A stretch of DNA of 63,712 nucleotides from Pseudobdellovibrionaceae bacterium (GTDB taxonomy: Bacteria; Bdellovibrionota; Bdellovibrionia; Bdellovibrionales; UBA1609): positions 1 to 63,712 of the forward strand of contig JANXMF010000224.1 of NCBI GenBank assembly GCA_025354795.1, in the 5' to 3' direction. How positions within the stretch are numbered: the stretch's first letter is position 1; each line of letters starts with the position of its first letter. The position numbers and the translations under genes were made by a program. Below, piece after piece: positions 36,944 through 46,829 of this stretch. The notes beneath the pieces are model-generated. The model was not told the DNA's origin. It searched no databases and worked only from the letters and a program-made list of their open reading frames with translations.

Positions 36944-37447
36944 ATGAAGAACGTATTGATCTTATTGGCGTTACTGACGTCGCCCTTAGCATTTGCAGAC
37001 AAGGTTGCAGATGTTCAGGCTGAGTTGATTCGCAATGGTGATTACGTCGGTACCTACGACGCCGGATATGGTGCTAATCCAATTGGTATCAGATTTTACG
37101 ACAATGCGGGAACTTTGGGTTATGTTTTCAATCGTCAGCCGGTGGCTAAGCCCTTTGAGAGCGACGACAAATCTTGCAGGGTAGATGAGCGTGGACAGGC
37201 TGCATTTCTTCCCCGCCAAATCGTAGATCTTCGTGATACAACAACCGGCCTTATGGGTGGCCTCTTACTCCGGAAATGTGACGCCGAAAAAATAAGTCCG
37301 CCCAAGACGGAGAAGCCGGCTATGTCGCAAGTTTCTGAATTGACTCTTGTGGGTGACCAGTTGCGTTTTAAAGCCATCGATTATGTAGACCCATCTAATG
37401 GACAGGAGTTGATTGGCTCCTACGTTCTGAGGCCCCTTCGTCCCTAA
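36944..37447 (+). CDS. exported hypothetical protein
   Basis: AGGAG RBS. Signal peptide MKNVLILLALLTSPLAFA. Confidence 0.55.
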   Translation: MKNVLILLALLTSPLAFADKVADVQAELIRNGDYVGTYDAGYGANPIGIRFYDNAGTLGYVFNRQPVAKPFESDDKSCRVDERGQAAFLPRQIVDLRDTTTGLMGGLLLRKCDAEKISPPKTEKPAMSQVSELTLVGDQLRFKAIDYVDPSNGQELIGSYVLRPLRP

Positions 37448-37471
37448 GCAATCCCAATTTAAAGTTTTGCT

Positions 37472-37504
37472 AAAAACCCACGTCCAAAAGATGTGGGTTT
37501 TTTT
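37472..37504. terminator. bidirectional rho-independent terminator between convergent genes
   Basis: A-run, then a 10-bp stem (37475-37484 pairs with 37490-37499, one G-U pair), then a T-run. Confidence 0.75.
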
Positions 37505-39614
37505 ATCCCGAATACTCCGCCAGAGTCTTCAGCAAAGTCTCCCGCTCTATCGGCTTCGTCAGATGATCATTAAAACCACTTTCCAAACAACGCAGCCGCT
37601 GCTCCTTCATCGCATGCGCGGTGAGCGCTAATATTGGCTTTTGATAACCGCGACTTCTTAGCGCCCGAGTTGCCTCATAACCATCCATCTCGGGCATTTG
37701 CAGATCCATCAAAATAACGTTGAACTCGTCCTTGAGCGCTTTTTGCAAACCTTCACGGCCATTGTCCGCGGTCTCCACCTCAGCTCCGGCCAAGTTTAAA
37801 TAGCGTTTGATCAGCGCCTGATTGTCGAGACTGTCGTCGACCACCAACACCCGCAGCCGTGTCAGGTCCACCCGATTTTGCGGCAAGCGAGCCGGCAGAG
37901 GCATAATGAAATCTTGCGTGGGCATTCCCGGGTCGATGGTGATCACAAAGGTACTGCCCACGCCTAAAAAGCTTTCGCTTAAAATCACGTCGCCCCCGAG
38001 CGCATTGGCCAAGCGCTTGGAGAGAATGAGCCCGAGGCCGGTTCCGCCAAAGCGCCGGGTGGTGGATGCGTCGGCCTGGGTGAAGGGAGCAAAGAGTTTG
38101 ATCGCTTGGTCGGGGGCGATACCTTCGCCGGTGTCTTTGATCACGAACGCCAGTTTGGGCGCGGCATCGGCGGTGGACCAGGTTTTAACCGTGACCGTGA
38201 CCGAACCGCGCTTGGTAAATTTAATGGCATTGCCGATAATGTTCATCAAGATCTGGCGCAGCCTCAGCGGGTCGGTGTTGATGAGCGTGGGAAGTGTGCC
38301 TTCAGATTTGAATTTTAGCTGAACGCCTTTTTCCACGGCGTTCAGATTGAGCAAGGATTCTATTTCTGGCAACACGCTATTGAAGGGAAGATCAATCCGG
38401 TCGACCTCGAGTTTTCCGGCCTCGACTTTGGAGATGTCGAGAATGTCATTGATGATTTTTGAGAGCAAGCGGCCATTGCGTTTGATCACTTCGAGCGCGT
38501 TGAGTTTATCGGCGGGGGCTTCTTGGCTCGCCAGCAATTCGGAAAAGCCTAGAATCGCGCCGACGGGAGTGCGGATCTCATGGCTCATGTTGGCCAAGAA
38601 CGCACTTTTAGTTTCGCTCGCGACGTCCGCGGCGAGCTTGGCTTTGGTAAGCTCGGTTTCAATCTCCTTATATTTTGCCACGTCATTGGCCACCAAAATA
38701 AATCCGACGGTGGACCCAGCCGGATCGAACTCGGGAAGGAGCGTGATGTTGAGAAAGGCTTTGCGCTGCGTGCTGCTGGAATGACGTTCGTAGCTGACCG
38801 TTCGCCCTGCCAGTACCGCTTGGATAAAAGGTTCGTTGGCATGATAGCGGTCTTCGCCGAGCACTTCGCGAAAAGTTGCGCCCACCATTTGCTCTTTGGT
38901 GCGCCCGAACCACTTCGCTAGCGCCTCGTTCACAAAAAGAAATTTCTCGTCGCGGTCCAATTGCCCGACAAGAACCGGGAGCGCATTGGTGATCAGGGTC
39001 AGCTGGCTTTCACGCCGCGCCAACTCGCGCGTGCGGTCGGCTACCCGGCGCTCGAGTTCCTCATTGAGCCTTTGCAAGCGAAGTGCGGAGTCACGCAGGG
39101 AGGTTATGTCGCGCGTGACCTTCGAAAATCCCGTGATGCGGCCCGCGTTGTCAAAGAGTGGAGTCAAAACAATATTGGCCCAGAACGTCGAGCCATCCCG
39201 GCGCACGCGAATAGCTTCACCTTCAAAGTGTCCCGTGGTCGTAGCCTCGCGCAGCTCTTCGCTCGCGGTTTGGCGGTCAAGGTCTTCCTTGGTGTAGAAT
39301 ATCGAAACATGCTGACCAATGATTTCGCGGGCGCTGTAGCCGGTGATGCGTTCGGCGCCGCGATTCCAGGTGGTAATGCGACCATTGAGATCCAGCATGA
39401 AAATCGCATAATCTTTAACGGCATCGACCAGCGCGCGGAATTTTTCTTCGCTGCGATTGAGCGAATCTTCAGCGCGTTTCTGGCGTTGCGCCCAAAGTCG
39501 TTGCCCAACCGAGCCCGCCAGTGCTAGACCGAGAATCGAAAGTGTGGTGGTGATCACCGCCACTAGGGATAAATTGTATTGAGTCGACATGAGAAGATTC
39601 GGTTCCTGAGGCAT
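37503..39614 (-). CDS. hybrid sensor histidine kinase (TM - PAS x2 - HisKA - HATPase - receiver)
   Basis: PAS-like RITTWNRGAERITGYSAREIIG. H-box FLANMSHEIRTPV. G-box GGTGLGLILSKRLA. Receiver VLVVDDSLDNQ...DLQMPEMDG. Confidence 0.9.
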   Translation of the reverse strand: MPQEPNLLMSTQYNLSLVAVITTTLSILGLALAGSVGQRLWAQRQKRAEDSLNRSEEKFRALVDAVKDYAIFMLDLNGRITTWNRGAERITGYSAREIIGQHVSIFYTKEDLDRQTASEELREATTTGHFEGEAIRVRRDGSTFWANIVLTPLFDNAGRITGFSKVTRDITSLRDSALRLQRLNEELERRVADRTRELARRESQLTLITNALPVLVGQLDRDEKFLFVNEALAKWFGRTKEQMVGATFREVLGEDRYHANEPFIQAVLAGRTVSYERHSSSTQRKAFLNITLLPEFDPAGSTVGFILVANDVAKYKEIETELTKAKLAADVASETKSAFLANMSHEIRTPVGAILGFSELLASQEAPADKLNALEVIKRNGRLLSKIINDILDISKVEAGKLEVDRIDLPFNSVLPEIESLLNLNAVEKGVQLKFKSEGTLPTLINTDPLRLRQILMNIIGNAIKFTKRGSVTVTVKTWSTADAAPKLAFVIKDTGEGIAPDQAIKLFAPFTQADASTTRRFGGTGLGLILSKRLANALGGDVILSESFLGVGSTFVITIDPGMPTQDFIMPLPARLPQNRVDLTRLRVLVVDDSLDNQALIKRYLNLAGAEVETADNGREGLQKALKDEFNVILMDLQMPEMDGYEATRALRSRGYQKPILALTAHAMKEQRLRCLESGFNDHLTKPIERETLLKTLAEYSG

Positions 39615-39645
39615 TGAGGCACTCTAACGAATAGAAGGCAAAGCC

Positions 39646-40794
39646 TCAACCCTTTTTGGCCAAATCGGCCTTATCGCTCATGAGTGTCGCGAGCCACTCC
39701 AACCAAAAAAAACTAGAGTGTTCAAAAGCGATTTTGATCAGCGAGGTCAGTGGAATCGCCAGGATCAGGCCAAGGCCTCCCCACAGCTCACCCCAGGCCA
39801 CCAAGGCAATCGTAGACGTGGTGGCATTGATATTGAGCTGCGAACCCAAAAGTTTTGGCGTGATAAAATCGGCCACGATAAAATGAATGGCGACGCAACA
39901 GCCGTAGAGTCCAAGGGCTGCGCCGATGGATTGATTTTGCGCATAGAGCGTGACCGCCGGTAAAAATCCCGACAACACCGAACCTGCAAACGGGATCAGA
40001 TTGAAAAATGTAGCGAGCGCCGCGGTCGGAAAAGTGGAGGGTAACTTAAACAGCCAGAACAGCAAAATAAAAACGGGAAAGGTGATCATCGCCAAAATAA
40101 GGTTGCCCACAAAAAAGGCACGCACGGATTTAACCATCGCCTTCCAAGTTTTAGCTCCCTCACCTTCCTTGCGATAGGCGTGGCCAAGGGTGCGCGCGAG
40201 GGAATCCCGTTCCACCAAAATAAAAAGCGTCAGAATCGGGACCAACAATGAAAACGTAAGCACCGTAAAAGCGCTGCCCAACCCATGCAAAATCGTGCCG
40301 CCCATTTCGCCGTTGATCGGATTGCCATGTACCACTTCGACTTTAGAAACATCGCCGCCGCCGTTAGTCGCGGCCCCCGAAAGAAAGCTCGAGAGCTTTG
40401 CCCCCCAAGCGCTCCAAGTCGCATTGAGCGTGGTCCACGTCTGCATAAACAAGCGTTTCGATTGCTCGAGCTCGGCGATCATGCCCGAAAAAAGAATACC
40501 GAACACATAAATTAGCGCCATCGAAATAATGGTCGCGCTCACAACCAGGAGAATCGCCGCCCACGTCGTGCGCCAGCGTTTGGCTTTTAGATATTCGGCA
40601 ATGGGATCGAGCAACGCGAAAAGAAAAAATGCGCAAACGATCCATAAAAAGATGGTAGCCGCCTCATTCATCACCACGCCGAGAAAATAAATCGCCACGA
40701 TCCACAGCGGTAAAACTAAAAGGCGAAGAGTGGATTCTGAACCGGAGCGTTCATTCATGGTAACCATTAGAAACCAGCGCCACGCGGGAGGCAA
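39646..40794 (-). CDS. AI-2E family transporter (PerM/UPF0118)
   Basis: Multi-TM protein with C-terminal WGGLGLILAIPLTSLIKIAF, typical of the family. Start uncertain (M1, or MNERSG 12 codons in). Confidence 0.75.
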   Translation of the reverse strand: MPPAWRWFLMVTMNERSGSESTLRLLVLPLWIVAIYFLGVVMNEAATIFLWIVCAFFLFALLDPIAEYLKAKRWRTTWAAILLVVSATIISMALIYVFGILFSGMIAELEQSKRLFMQTWTTLNATWSAWGAKLSSFLSGAATNGGGDVSKVEVVHGNPINGEMGGTILHGLGSAFTVLTFSLLVPILTLFILVERDSLARTLGHAYRKEGEGAKTWKAMVKSVRAFFVGNLILAMITFPVFILLFWLFKLPSTFPTAALATFFNLIPFAGSVLSGFLPAVTLYAQNQSIGAALGLYGCCVAIHFIVADFITPKLLGSQLNINATTSTIALVAWGELWGGLGLILAIPLTSLIKIAFEHSSFFWLEWLATLMSDKADLAKKG

Positions 40795-40935
40795 CGCAAT
40801 TTAGCATGGGGCAGTTTTTCTGAGTCGGCGTTCCCTTTCTCAAAATTCCTGCGGCGGTGGGCGCAAGCTTCGCAGCTCTCGTCAGTGGCACTCAATATGC
40901 AGTCTCGCCGTACGAGCCCTATAGTCCCTCCCCAA

Positions 40936-41232
40936 TTAATGGGTGTCGGAGGCTTGGCCTGAGTCTGCGCTGGGTTCGGGGCGCTCGGATGAAATGGCTT
41001 TCGCTGTTTCGGGAAGATCATCGATGGTGCGATTTCTGTTTTCTCGGCGCAGCGCTTGTGCGTGTTCTTCCGCCGGCCGGTTTTTTGGTTCGGGCGTGAA
41101 GTTTACGCCCATGGAGAGTTCGGCCGCGGTGTCTTCTTCGGAATCATCTGGGCTATCGTTTGAGGGCGCGGTGGAGTTGGGCGGCAATTGCTGTCCGAAT
41201 TCCTGCGGTGAAATTGTGTCGTGGTTTTTCAC
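40936..41232 (-). CDS. acidic, low-complexity hypothetical protein
   Basis: GTG start preceded by GAGGAAAA. Follows the 41252-41578 gene. Composition suggests disorder. Confidence 0.35.
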   Translation of the reverse strand: MKNHDTISPQEFGQQLPPNSTAPSNDSPDDSEEDTAAELSMGVNFTPEPKNRPAEEHAQALRRENRNRTIDDLPETAKAISSERPEPSADSGQASDTH

Positions 41233-41251
41233 GGAGTTTTCCTCGCTTTGG

Positions 41252-41578
41252 TTAGTGGGCTTGGGCCGAAAATGTGCGTGATAACCATTTGGTCATCTCA
41301 GGCACAAAAAGAATGGCGGCAGAGTCAAAAACTTTGCGTCCGGGCTTGGTGGCGAAAAGCATCCACGCGGCGGCTTGGATTGCGACGCCAACCAACGCGG
41401 CCTCAGCGGGTTTTTCATTCACGTAGGTCTTGGTCTCGTCAAAAATGCGAGTGATGGTGGCAATCCCGCGGTCGATGGATTGCTGTGTACCTTGCGTTAA
41501 ATTCTCCGCGATCATTGAGCCGATGGATTGCTTTTGTGTGGAATTGCTACGACCGGACTGTTTTGCTGACGTGTTCAT
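41252..41578 (-). CDS. small C-terminally membrane-anchored protein, possibly ElaB/YqjD (DUF883)-like
   Basis: AAAGGAG RBS 6 nt before the ATG at 41578. Hydrophilic N-terminus followed by KPAEAALVGVAIQAAAWMLF. Confidence 0.4.
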   Translation of the reverse strand: MNTSAKQSGRSNSTQKQSIGSMIAENLTQGTQQSIDRGIATITRIFDETKTYVNEKPAEAALVGVAIQAAAWMLFATKPGRKVFDSAAILFVPEMTKWLSRTFSAQAH

Positions 41579-41682
41579 TGCTGACTCCTTTGGGTTACTG
41601 TCAGCTGAGTTCAGCAAGAAGCGTTCCAGTGGCATAGATCGCGGCGGCGAGGAATCGCCGCACGCGTGGGGCAAAAGTGGAC

Positions 41683-42531
41683 TTAGTGGAACAATTGGCA
41701 GCCCGGCGTGTTGATGTCGATTGAATTGCTGCTGTCTAAGCAGCTGTATATCCAATATGTTTCCTGAGCATAACTGTAACCGAGGTGCGCGCTTACATTG
41801 CCACTGCCGTCGATCTCACATGGATTATTTATGGTGCAACGTCCGCCATCTTCGTTGCCAGTGTTGTTTACGCCAATCACGGTGCGGGTGCCGGTGAGAA
41901 GGATCGGCGAACCCGAGGTGCCGCCGATGACCTCGCAGCCGGGCCGGGTGTAGCGGATGGAATCCATGGATTCCCATCCGTCCTCCTGCAATTTGTTAAC
42001 GAAGGCTTCGATTGCACAACTATAACCGCGCTGCCAATAGCCAGAAATCACTTCGATCGGTTGGCCCACGGCCGGATGATGCGATGAAAGGGCGAGCGGA
42101 TGAATTTTATAGCGCGAAAGAATATCGGCATAGGTCATATTTAGTTTATATACCGTCATGTCGGTTTTGGTCATGGTGGCGTAGAGCACCTGTGTCGCGG
42201 ACACGCTACCGACGGCATTGGCGCCGGCGTCGAGTAAAGTAAAACGGCGCGAAGACGGGCGGTTGGTGATAAACGTACCTGGTTTAGGCATTCCGCCTTC
42301 GTAACAATGGCCATTGGTTAAAATCAAGCCAAAGTCGCTGTCCTTCGCATTCTCCAGGCGAATCAAACTTCCCGAACAATTGGAAAGTTCGACGGTGCCT
42401 TCGAAGTTGTAAGCGGTGGTGAAAGTGTTGGGCAGTAATACGGACGCACGCGGGCCAGTGGGCAGGGGCAAGGCGTTGGCACTGAGACTGCTGAAGATAG
42501 CAATGGACAATAGGCCGATGAGAATTTTCAT
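41683..42531 (-). CDS. secreted trypsin-like (S1 family) serine protease
   Basis: GGGAGG RBS. Signal peptide MKILIGLLSIAIFSSLSANA. His motif LTNGHC. Ser motif GGTSGSPIL. Confidence 0.8.
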   Translation of the reverse strand: MKILIGLLSIAIFSSLSANALPLPTGPRASVLLPNTFTTAYNFEGTVELSNCSGSLIRLENAKDSDFGLILTNGHCYEGGMPKPGTFITNRPSSRRFTLLDAGANAVGSVSATQVLYATMTKTDMTVYKLNMTYADILSRYKIHPLALSSHHPAVGQPIEVISGYWQRGYSCAIEAFVNKLQEDGWESMDSIRYTRPGCEVIGGTSGSPILLTGTRTVIGVNNTGNEDGGRCTINNPCEIDGSGNVSAHLGYSYAQETYWIYSCLDSSNSIDINTPGCQLFH

Positions 42532-42599
42532 GGATCCTCCCTTTTCGATCACGATAGTAGGGATTTAGGTCCAGGGCTAAATGAGAATTTGGATCTGGA

Positions 42600-45239
42600 C
42601 TAACGTCGGGAACGGATGGTCACAGTGAGTGGCCAGTGCGAAAGCGCGGCTTGCCTCAATCGCCAACCTGAAGCGCGCGGCTCGAGCATGAGCTCGATAT
42701 CGACTTCGGGCCGTTCGCGCAAATGCAGGTGCACCACGCGTTCCTTGTTCTCTCGCGTCATCAGCGAATCCCGTATCAGCGTGAAATCATTTTCGCCACT
42801 GCGAAAGTGCCACTGCGTTTCGCGCGCGCCCTCGGTGATCAAGGCGCACAACGACTCAGACGGTGCCGGTGCGAGGGGAAATTCCTCGTAGGTCATGGAT
42901 GAGCCTTGGTTGGTGAGGTACCTGTCGGTCCATTGCCGCCGTTGTTTTTTCTCAGAGTCGTAGAGGCTGGTGTAAACGTTGGAGTGATTGGCCTCCACGA
43001 TTCGCGTCTGCTCAACCAAAGCCACGCACGAGTTTTTCTGCCAATCAATGGCGAAGGTAAAACCAAACGTCAGCCAGCGGCGGAGCCATGGAGCGAGCAG
43101 CAAGTGGATGCGACTTTGGTGGGGGGCCATTTGCGTTTGTAGCTGCGCAAGGTTTAGCGAAAGGAGCGAAACATTCCACGTCTGGGTGGCGGTAGTCATT
43201 TCCTCCGACCGATGCAGGAATTCGGCGCGTTCCGCGCGGCGCGGGAGAGCGATGAAACGCTGTGTATAGCCCCGGGGAATCAGATCTTGCGTGCGTAAGG
43301 CCGCTTCGAGCTCGGGGGCCATATCCTCTGCGGCAAGCGTCACCTCGACTGTGGTGAGTCGGCCCCAGGATTCGCGTTTGCGGTAACTGAATATTTCTGT
43401 GACAGAATCCCACGTCGTTGCGGCCACCAGATGATCTTGCACATCGTGCAGTAGATGCGGCGGATTGACCGTACTTGGCCACAGCAGAAACATCCAACCT
43501 ATAACGATGCTGACAATAGCCGCGGCCCAAACCCAAGTGGCGCGAATTTCCACTGGCTCGGTCCATAAACCTGCCTGAGTTGGCTCATTTTTTTTAAAGC
43601 GTTGAGCGAGGCGGGCGATGACAATCATTAGGCACGGCCACATGAGTTGCAAAGTCAGGCGATATTCCATGCCGAAGCCTTCTAACGAGTAAACAGGAAT
43701 TAAATAGAGCGGCCACAGCAAGAGTAACATCCAGGCCGCGCCACCGCTGAGAGCGCACATAATGGCCATGGTCAAAATAATAGCGTCGGTGGATTGCCCG
43801 CCGTGAAATAAAAGTTCCTTAAAGCCGGCCCATAAAGCGCGCGCGAAAAGTTCAGGATTCTTCTTAAATTTTTCTTTAGCGAAAGCGCTGTCGTAGATGG
43901 CAGTGATACCGTCGCCCGAGAGTCCCGGAGCCGGGTGCGCCCGGTGCCAGACTTCCAGTTCCTTATTCACCGGGGCGCGGCTGCTGCGATAGTCGGGAAA
44001 ATGTCCGTCAAGAACCATCATGGTGCCATAGGTGCCACGGGCGAGCACGTGGGCTGGCATCGACGAAAAGGTAAAGACTCCGTGCCGCAGACGATTGGAG
44101 GTGGCAAGTATGAACACCGGAAGCAGAAAAAACAGTGCGCAAGAGCGCAACGCCGCGAGTGCGAAAGCCTTTTGCCGCCAAGACAGCAGCGCCATCACGC
44201 CCGCCGCGGTGATGGCGAAATAAAAAATGGTCGGGCGCAGGGAAAATGCCAACAGGAGCATCAACCAAAAAATCTTAAGCTGGGAGCGATCTCGCGCGGT
44301 CCAGAGGTCGTAAAGCCGAATCAGGGCCGCGGTCATCAGTAAATCATGCAACGGATCGGTGAGCACAAAACTGTACCACTCCAGGCGGAATCCCGAAAAA
44401 TAAACTACGAGCGGGACAAGGAAGATCGCACGGGTCCAAGGGTGCGCGCAAAGCCTGATTGCGAATCCAGTGACAAGATGGGCGGTGGCAAGTAAACATA
44501 ATATATTTGATATTATAAATACGTAGACGTTGGGCGCGCTCAGCATAAATAAAAAGCGTGTGATCAGCGGATAACCGGGCAGGCGGTGCATGGTCGCGAG
44601 CATGGCACTGAGATTCTGCCCGAGATGAATGTACTGCACGCCATCATCGCCAATCTTAGGCATCCAGTCGTCTTCGCTATACTGCCACCACCAGCCACTG
44701 AAATCGCCGCGCACGCCGAGAATCTGGACGCAGAGGTAAAAGCCCCACGCGCTCAAAAACAAAACGTAGAGAGCGTCTGCAAGTTGAAAACTTTTACGAC
44801 TGCGCAGGCTACATACGGACCACCAAGTCCAAACACCGGCCACCACCGCGGTGCCGCCCAGGATGGGCAGGAAATCGCCGCGTACAATGAGCGCTACGCT
44901 CGGAATCAAAAATAGACCAGCCAGCAGTGAGTTCCATGCTCCAGTCCAGTGTCGGCCTGCAAGCTTCCAGCACGGCGCGAGCAACAAGGCCATTGCTGCA
45001 AAGCGTGCCAGCACCGAAACCGCCGAGTCCGGCACAAGCAGTCGTGCCAATGCCAAGTGAACATGGATGGCCCACGCCAGCGCCACCCAAAATTCGGGAT
45101 GACGAGTGATTTTATTTAAATTCAAGCCGGCTGGTCCATTCTGACCAGAGTTTTTTAACAAAGCGAATACCGGTGGGAAGTGAAGGCGCGCCCGTCTCGC
45201 CGGCCACGCGCTCACCCTCATGGGTGGGGAATTCCGCAA
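42600..45239 (-). CDS. large polytopic membrane protein with soluble C-terminal domain; tentative GT-C-type (ArnT/PMT-like) glycosyltransferase
   Basis: About 12 or more hydrophobic helices over the first ~560 aa. Acidic loop WWQYSEDDWMPKIGDDG. Immediately downstream of a polyprenyl-phosphate-type GT2. Start uncertain: an in-frame TTG at 45125 would give only a 14-nt overlap with the GT2 gene. Confidence 0.45.
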   Translation of the reverse strand: MRNSPPMRVSAWPARRARLHFPPVFALLKNSGQNGPAGLNLNKITRHPEFWVALAWAIHVHLALARLLVPDSAVSVLARFAAMALLLAPCWKLAGRHWTGAWNSLLAGLFLIPSVALIVRGDFLPILGGTAVVAGVWTWWSVCSLRSRKSFQLADALYVLFLSAWGFYLCVQILGVRGDFSGWWWQYSEDDWMPKIGDDGVQYIHLGQNLSAMLATMHRLPGYPLITRFLFMLSAPNVYVFIISNILCLLATAHLVTGFAIRLCAHPWTRAIFLVPLVVYFSGFRLEWYSFVLTDPLHDLLMTAALIRLYDLWTARDRSQLKIFWLMLLLAFSLRPTIFYFAITAAGVMALLSWRQKAFALAALRSCALFFLLPVFILATSNRLRHGVFTFSSMPAHVLARGTYGTMMVLDGHFPDYRSSRAPVNKELEVWHRAHPAPGLSGDGITAIYDSAFAKEKFKKNPELFARALWAGFKELLFHGGQSTDAIILTMAIMCALSGGAAWMLLLLWPLYLIPVYSLEGFGMEYRLTLQLMWPCLMIVIARLAQRFKKNEPTQAGLWTEPVEIRATWVWAAAIVSIVIGWMFLLWPSTVNPPHLLHDVQDHLVAATTWDSVTEIFSYRKRESWGRLTTVEVTLAAEDMAPELEAALRTQDLIPRGYTQRFIALPRRAERAEFLHRSEEMTTATQTWNVSLLSLNLAQLQTQMAPHQSRIHLLLAPWLRRWLTFGFTFAIDWQKNSCVALVEQTRIVEANHSNVYTSLYDSEKKQRRQWTDRYLTNQGSSMTYEEFPLAPAPSESLCALITEGARETQWHFRSGENDFTLIRDSLMTRENKERVVHLHLRERPEVDIELMLEPRASGWRLRQAALSHWPLTVTIRSRR

Positions 45240-45819
45240 TCGCCAACCGTGCCCGCAAAGCGCGAATGGTCATTTGATATTCGATGGTGTAGTCAAGCGA
45301 ATCGAGTTGCAGCTTTTGTGCCGCGGTCCGAGTGATCGCGCGATAGCCATTTATGGCGTCAGTGACGTAAGCCATGCGTTTTCCAAACATTCGATTGGCA
45401 AGCCAATTGAACGCGTTATTGGCCCATTTGCGCCATTTAAACCACTCGCTGTCTTCTTCGTTCCACGCGCCCTTCATCATACGTGAGGCGATCACCAAAT
45501 CATGGCCGGCCTCGAGGTGCGCGCGGAATTTTGGCAGGTCTTTGGGATCCTCGTTGCCGTCGGGTGAAAAGAAAATGTAGGCGTCGCAATCCACCTTGCT
45601 GAACGCTTGCAAAAATGCGTCGCCTCGTCCGCGCCGGCTCTGGCCCACCACGGGTACACCCTGGGCTTGCAAAAACTCCACCGTGCCATCGGTCGAACCG
45701 CCGTCGATACCCACCCACTCGTCAAAGCCGGCTTGCGGCCCCGGCTTCGGTAGCTGTGGGAAAATAATTTTCAAGCACTCGAGTTCGTTGCGAGTCAGAA
45801 TGCAAAGGGCGATTTTCAC
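45112..45819 (-). CDS. GT2 glycosyltransferase, polyprenyl-phosphate sugar synthase type (DPM1/ArnC/GtrB-like)
   Basis: [35 protein letters not shown], and [13 protein letters not shown] (PxxxxxRxxGxS-like end). GTG start overlaps the gmd stop (GTGA). Confidence 0.7.
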   Translation of the reverse strand: MKIALCILTRNELECLKIIFPQLPKPGPQAGFDEWVGIDGGSTDGTVEFLQAQGVPVVGQSRRGRGDAFLQAFSKVDCDAYIFFSPDGNEDPKDLPKFRAHLEAGHDLVIASRMMKGAWNEEDSEWFKWRKWANNAFNWLANRMFGKRMAYVTDAINGYRAITRTAAQKLQLDSLDYTIEYQMTIRALRARLAIAEFPTHEGERVAGETGAPSLPTGIRFVKKLWSEWTSRLEFK

Positions 45820-46829
45820 CGCTCTAAACCTTGGTAATGGGACTCAACGCCAAAAAGTTTCAAGTCTTCTTTGACCATGATTTGCACCAACTCCTTGAAG
45901 TGGGTGCGCGCGGTCCATCCGAGTTTGGCTTTGGCTTTGCTCGCATCACCCAAAAGCACATCGACCTCGGCGGGGCGGATGTAGCGAGCATCGATCTCCA
46001 CATAGTCCTGCCACTTGAGTCCGGCGCAAGCAAAAGCCAAGTCCAAGAACTCGCGTACTGAATGGTCTTCGCCAGTGGCGATCACGTAATCGTCGGGCTT
46101 TGCTTGTTGCAGCATCAACCACATGGCCTCGACGTAATCTTTGGCATAACCCCAGTCGCGGCGGGCGTCTAGGTTGCCGAGGTAGAGTTTTTTATCTTTG
46201 CCGGCTAAAATACGCGCCAGTCCGCGCGTGATCTTGCGCGTGACAAAAGTTTCGCCCCGGCGTGGACTCTCGTGATTGAACAAAATCCCATTGGAAACAT
46301 GCATGCCGTAGGCCTCGCGGTAATTCACCGATTGAAAAAACGCGAAAACTTTGGCGCAAGCATAGGGACTGCGCGGGTAAAACGGCGTGGTCTCACGTTG
46401 TGGAGTTTCGCGCACCAAACCATACATCTCGGAACTCGACGCTTGATACACTCGGGTCTCTAACGCTTGCCCGGTGTTCTTTACGGCTTCGAGTAGCCGC
46501 AAGGCGCCGATGCCGACAATATCGGAGGTGTAAAGCGGTTCATCGAAACTCACGCGCACATGGGATTGCGCCCCGAGATTGTAAATTTCCTGAGGCTCGA
46601 TCTTATCAATTAATTTTTCTAGGCAGCTGGCGTCGGCGAGGTCGCCATAGTGGAGCAGCAGCCGTGGCTGGTGCTCATGGACGTCTTGGTAAAGATGCAT
46701 AATACGCTGGGTGTTGAACGAGGAGGAGCGCCGGATAATCCCATGCACTTCGTAGCCCTTTTCGAGTAGTAGTTCCGCGAGATACGAGCCATCTTGTCCG
46801 GTGATTCCTGTTATCAAGGCTTTTTTCAT
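45816..46829 (-). CDS. gmd: GDP-mannose 4,6-dehydratase
   Basis: [43 protein letters not shown] and YACAKVFA are textbook Gmd. The ATG at 46829 overlaps the upstream stop (ATGA). Confidence 0.92.
   Translation of the reverse strand: MKKALITGITGQDGSYLAELLLEKGYEVHGIIRRSSSFNTQRIMHLYQDVHEHQPRLLLHYGDLADASCLEKLIDKIEPQEIYNLGAQSHVRVSFDEPLYTSDIVGIGALRLLEAVKNTGQALETRVYQASSSEMYGLVRETPQRETTPFYPRSPYACAKVFAFFQSVNYREAYGMHVSNGILFNHESPRRGETFVTRKITRGLARILAGKDKKLYLGNLDARRDWGYAKDYVEAMWLMLQQAKPDDYVIATGEDHSVREFLDLAFACAGLKWQDYVEIDARYIRPAEVDVLLGDASKAKAKLGWTARTHFKELVQIMVKEDLKLFGVESHYQGLER

Noticed and set aside
38961-39527. 188-aa and other antisense ORFs inside the histidine kinase gene
   Set aside because: Shadow ORFs. 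The sense strand has full HK domain signatures.
43045-43566. 173-aa alternative-frame ORF inside the 879-aa membrane protein gene
   Set aside because: Arg/Gly-rich shadow frame on the same strand with no independent start signals.
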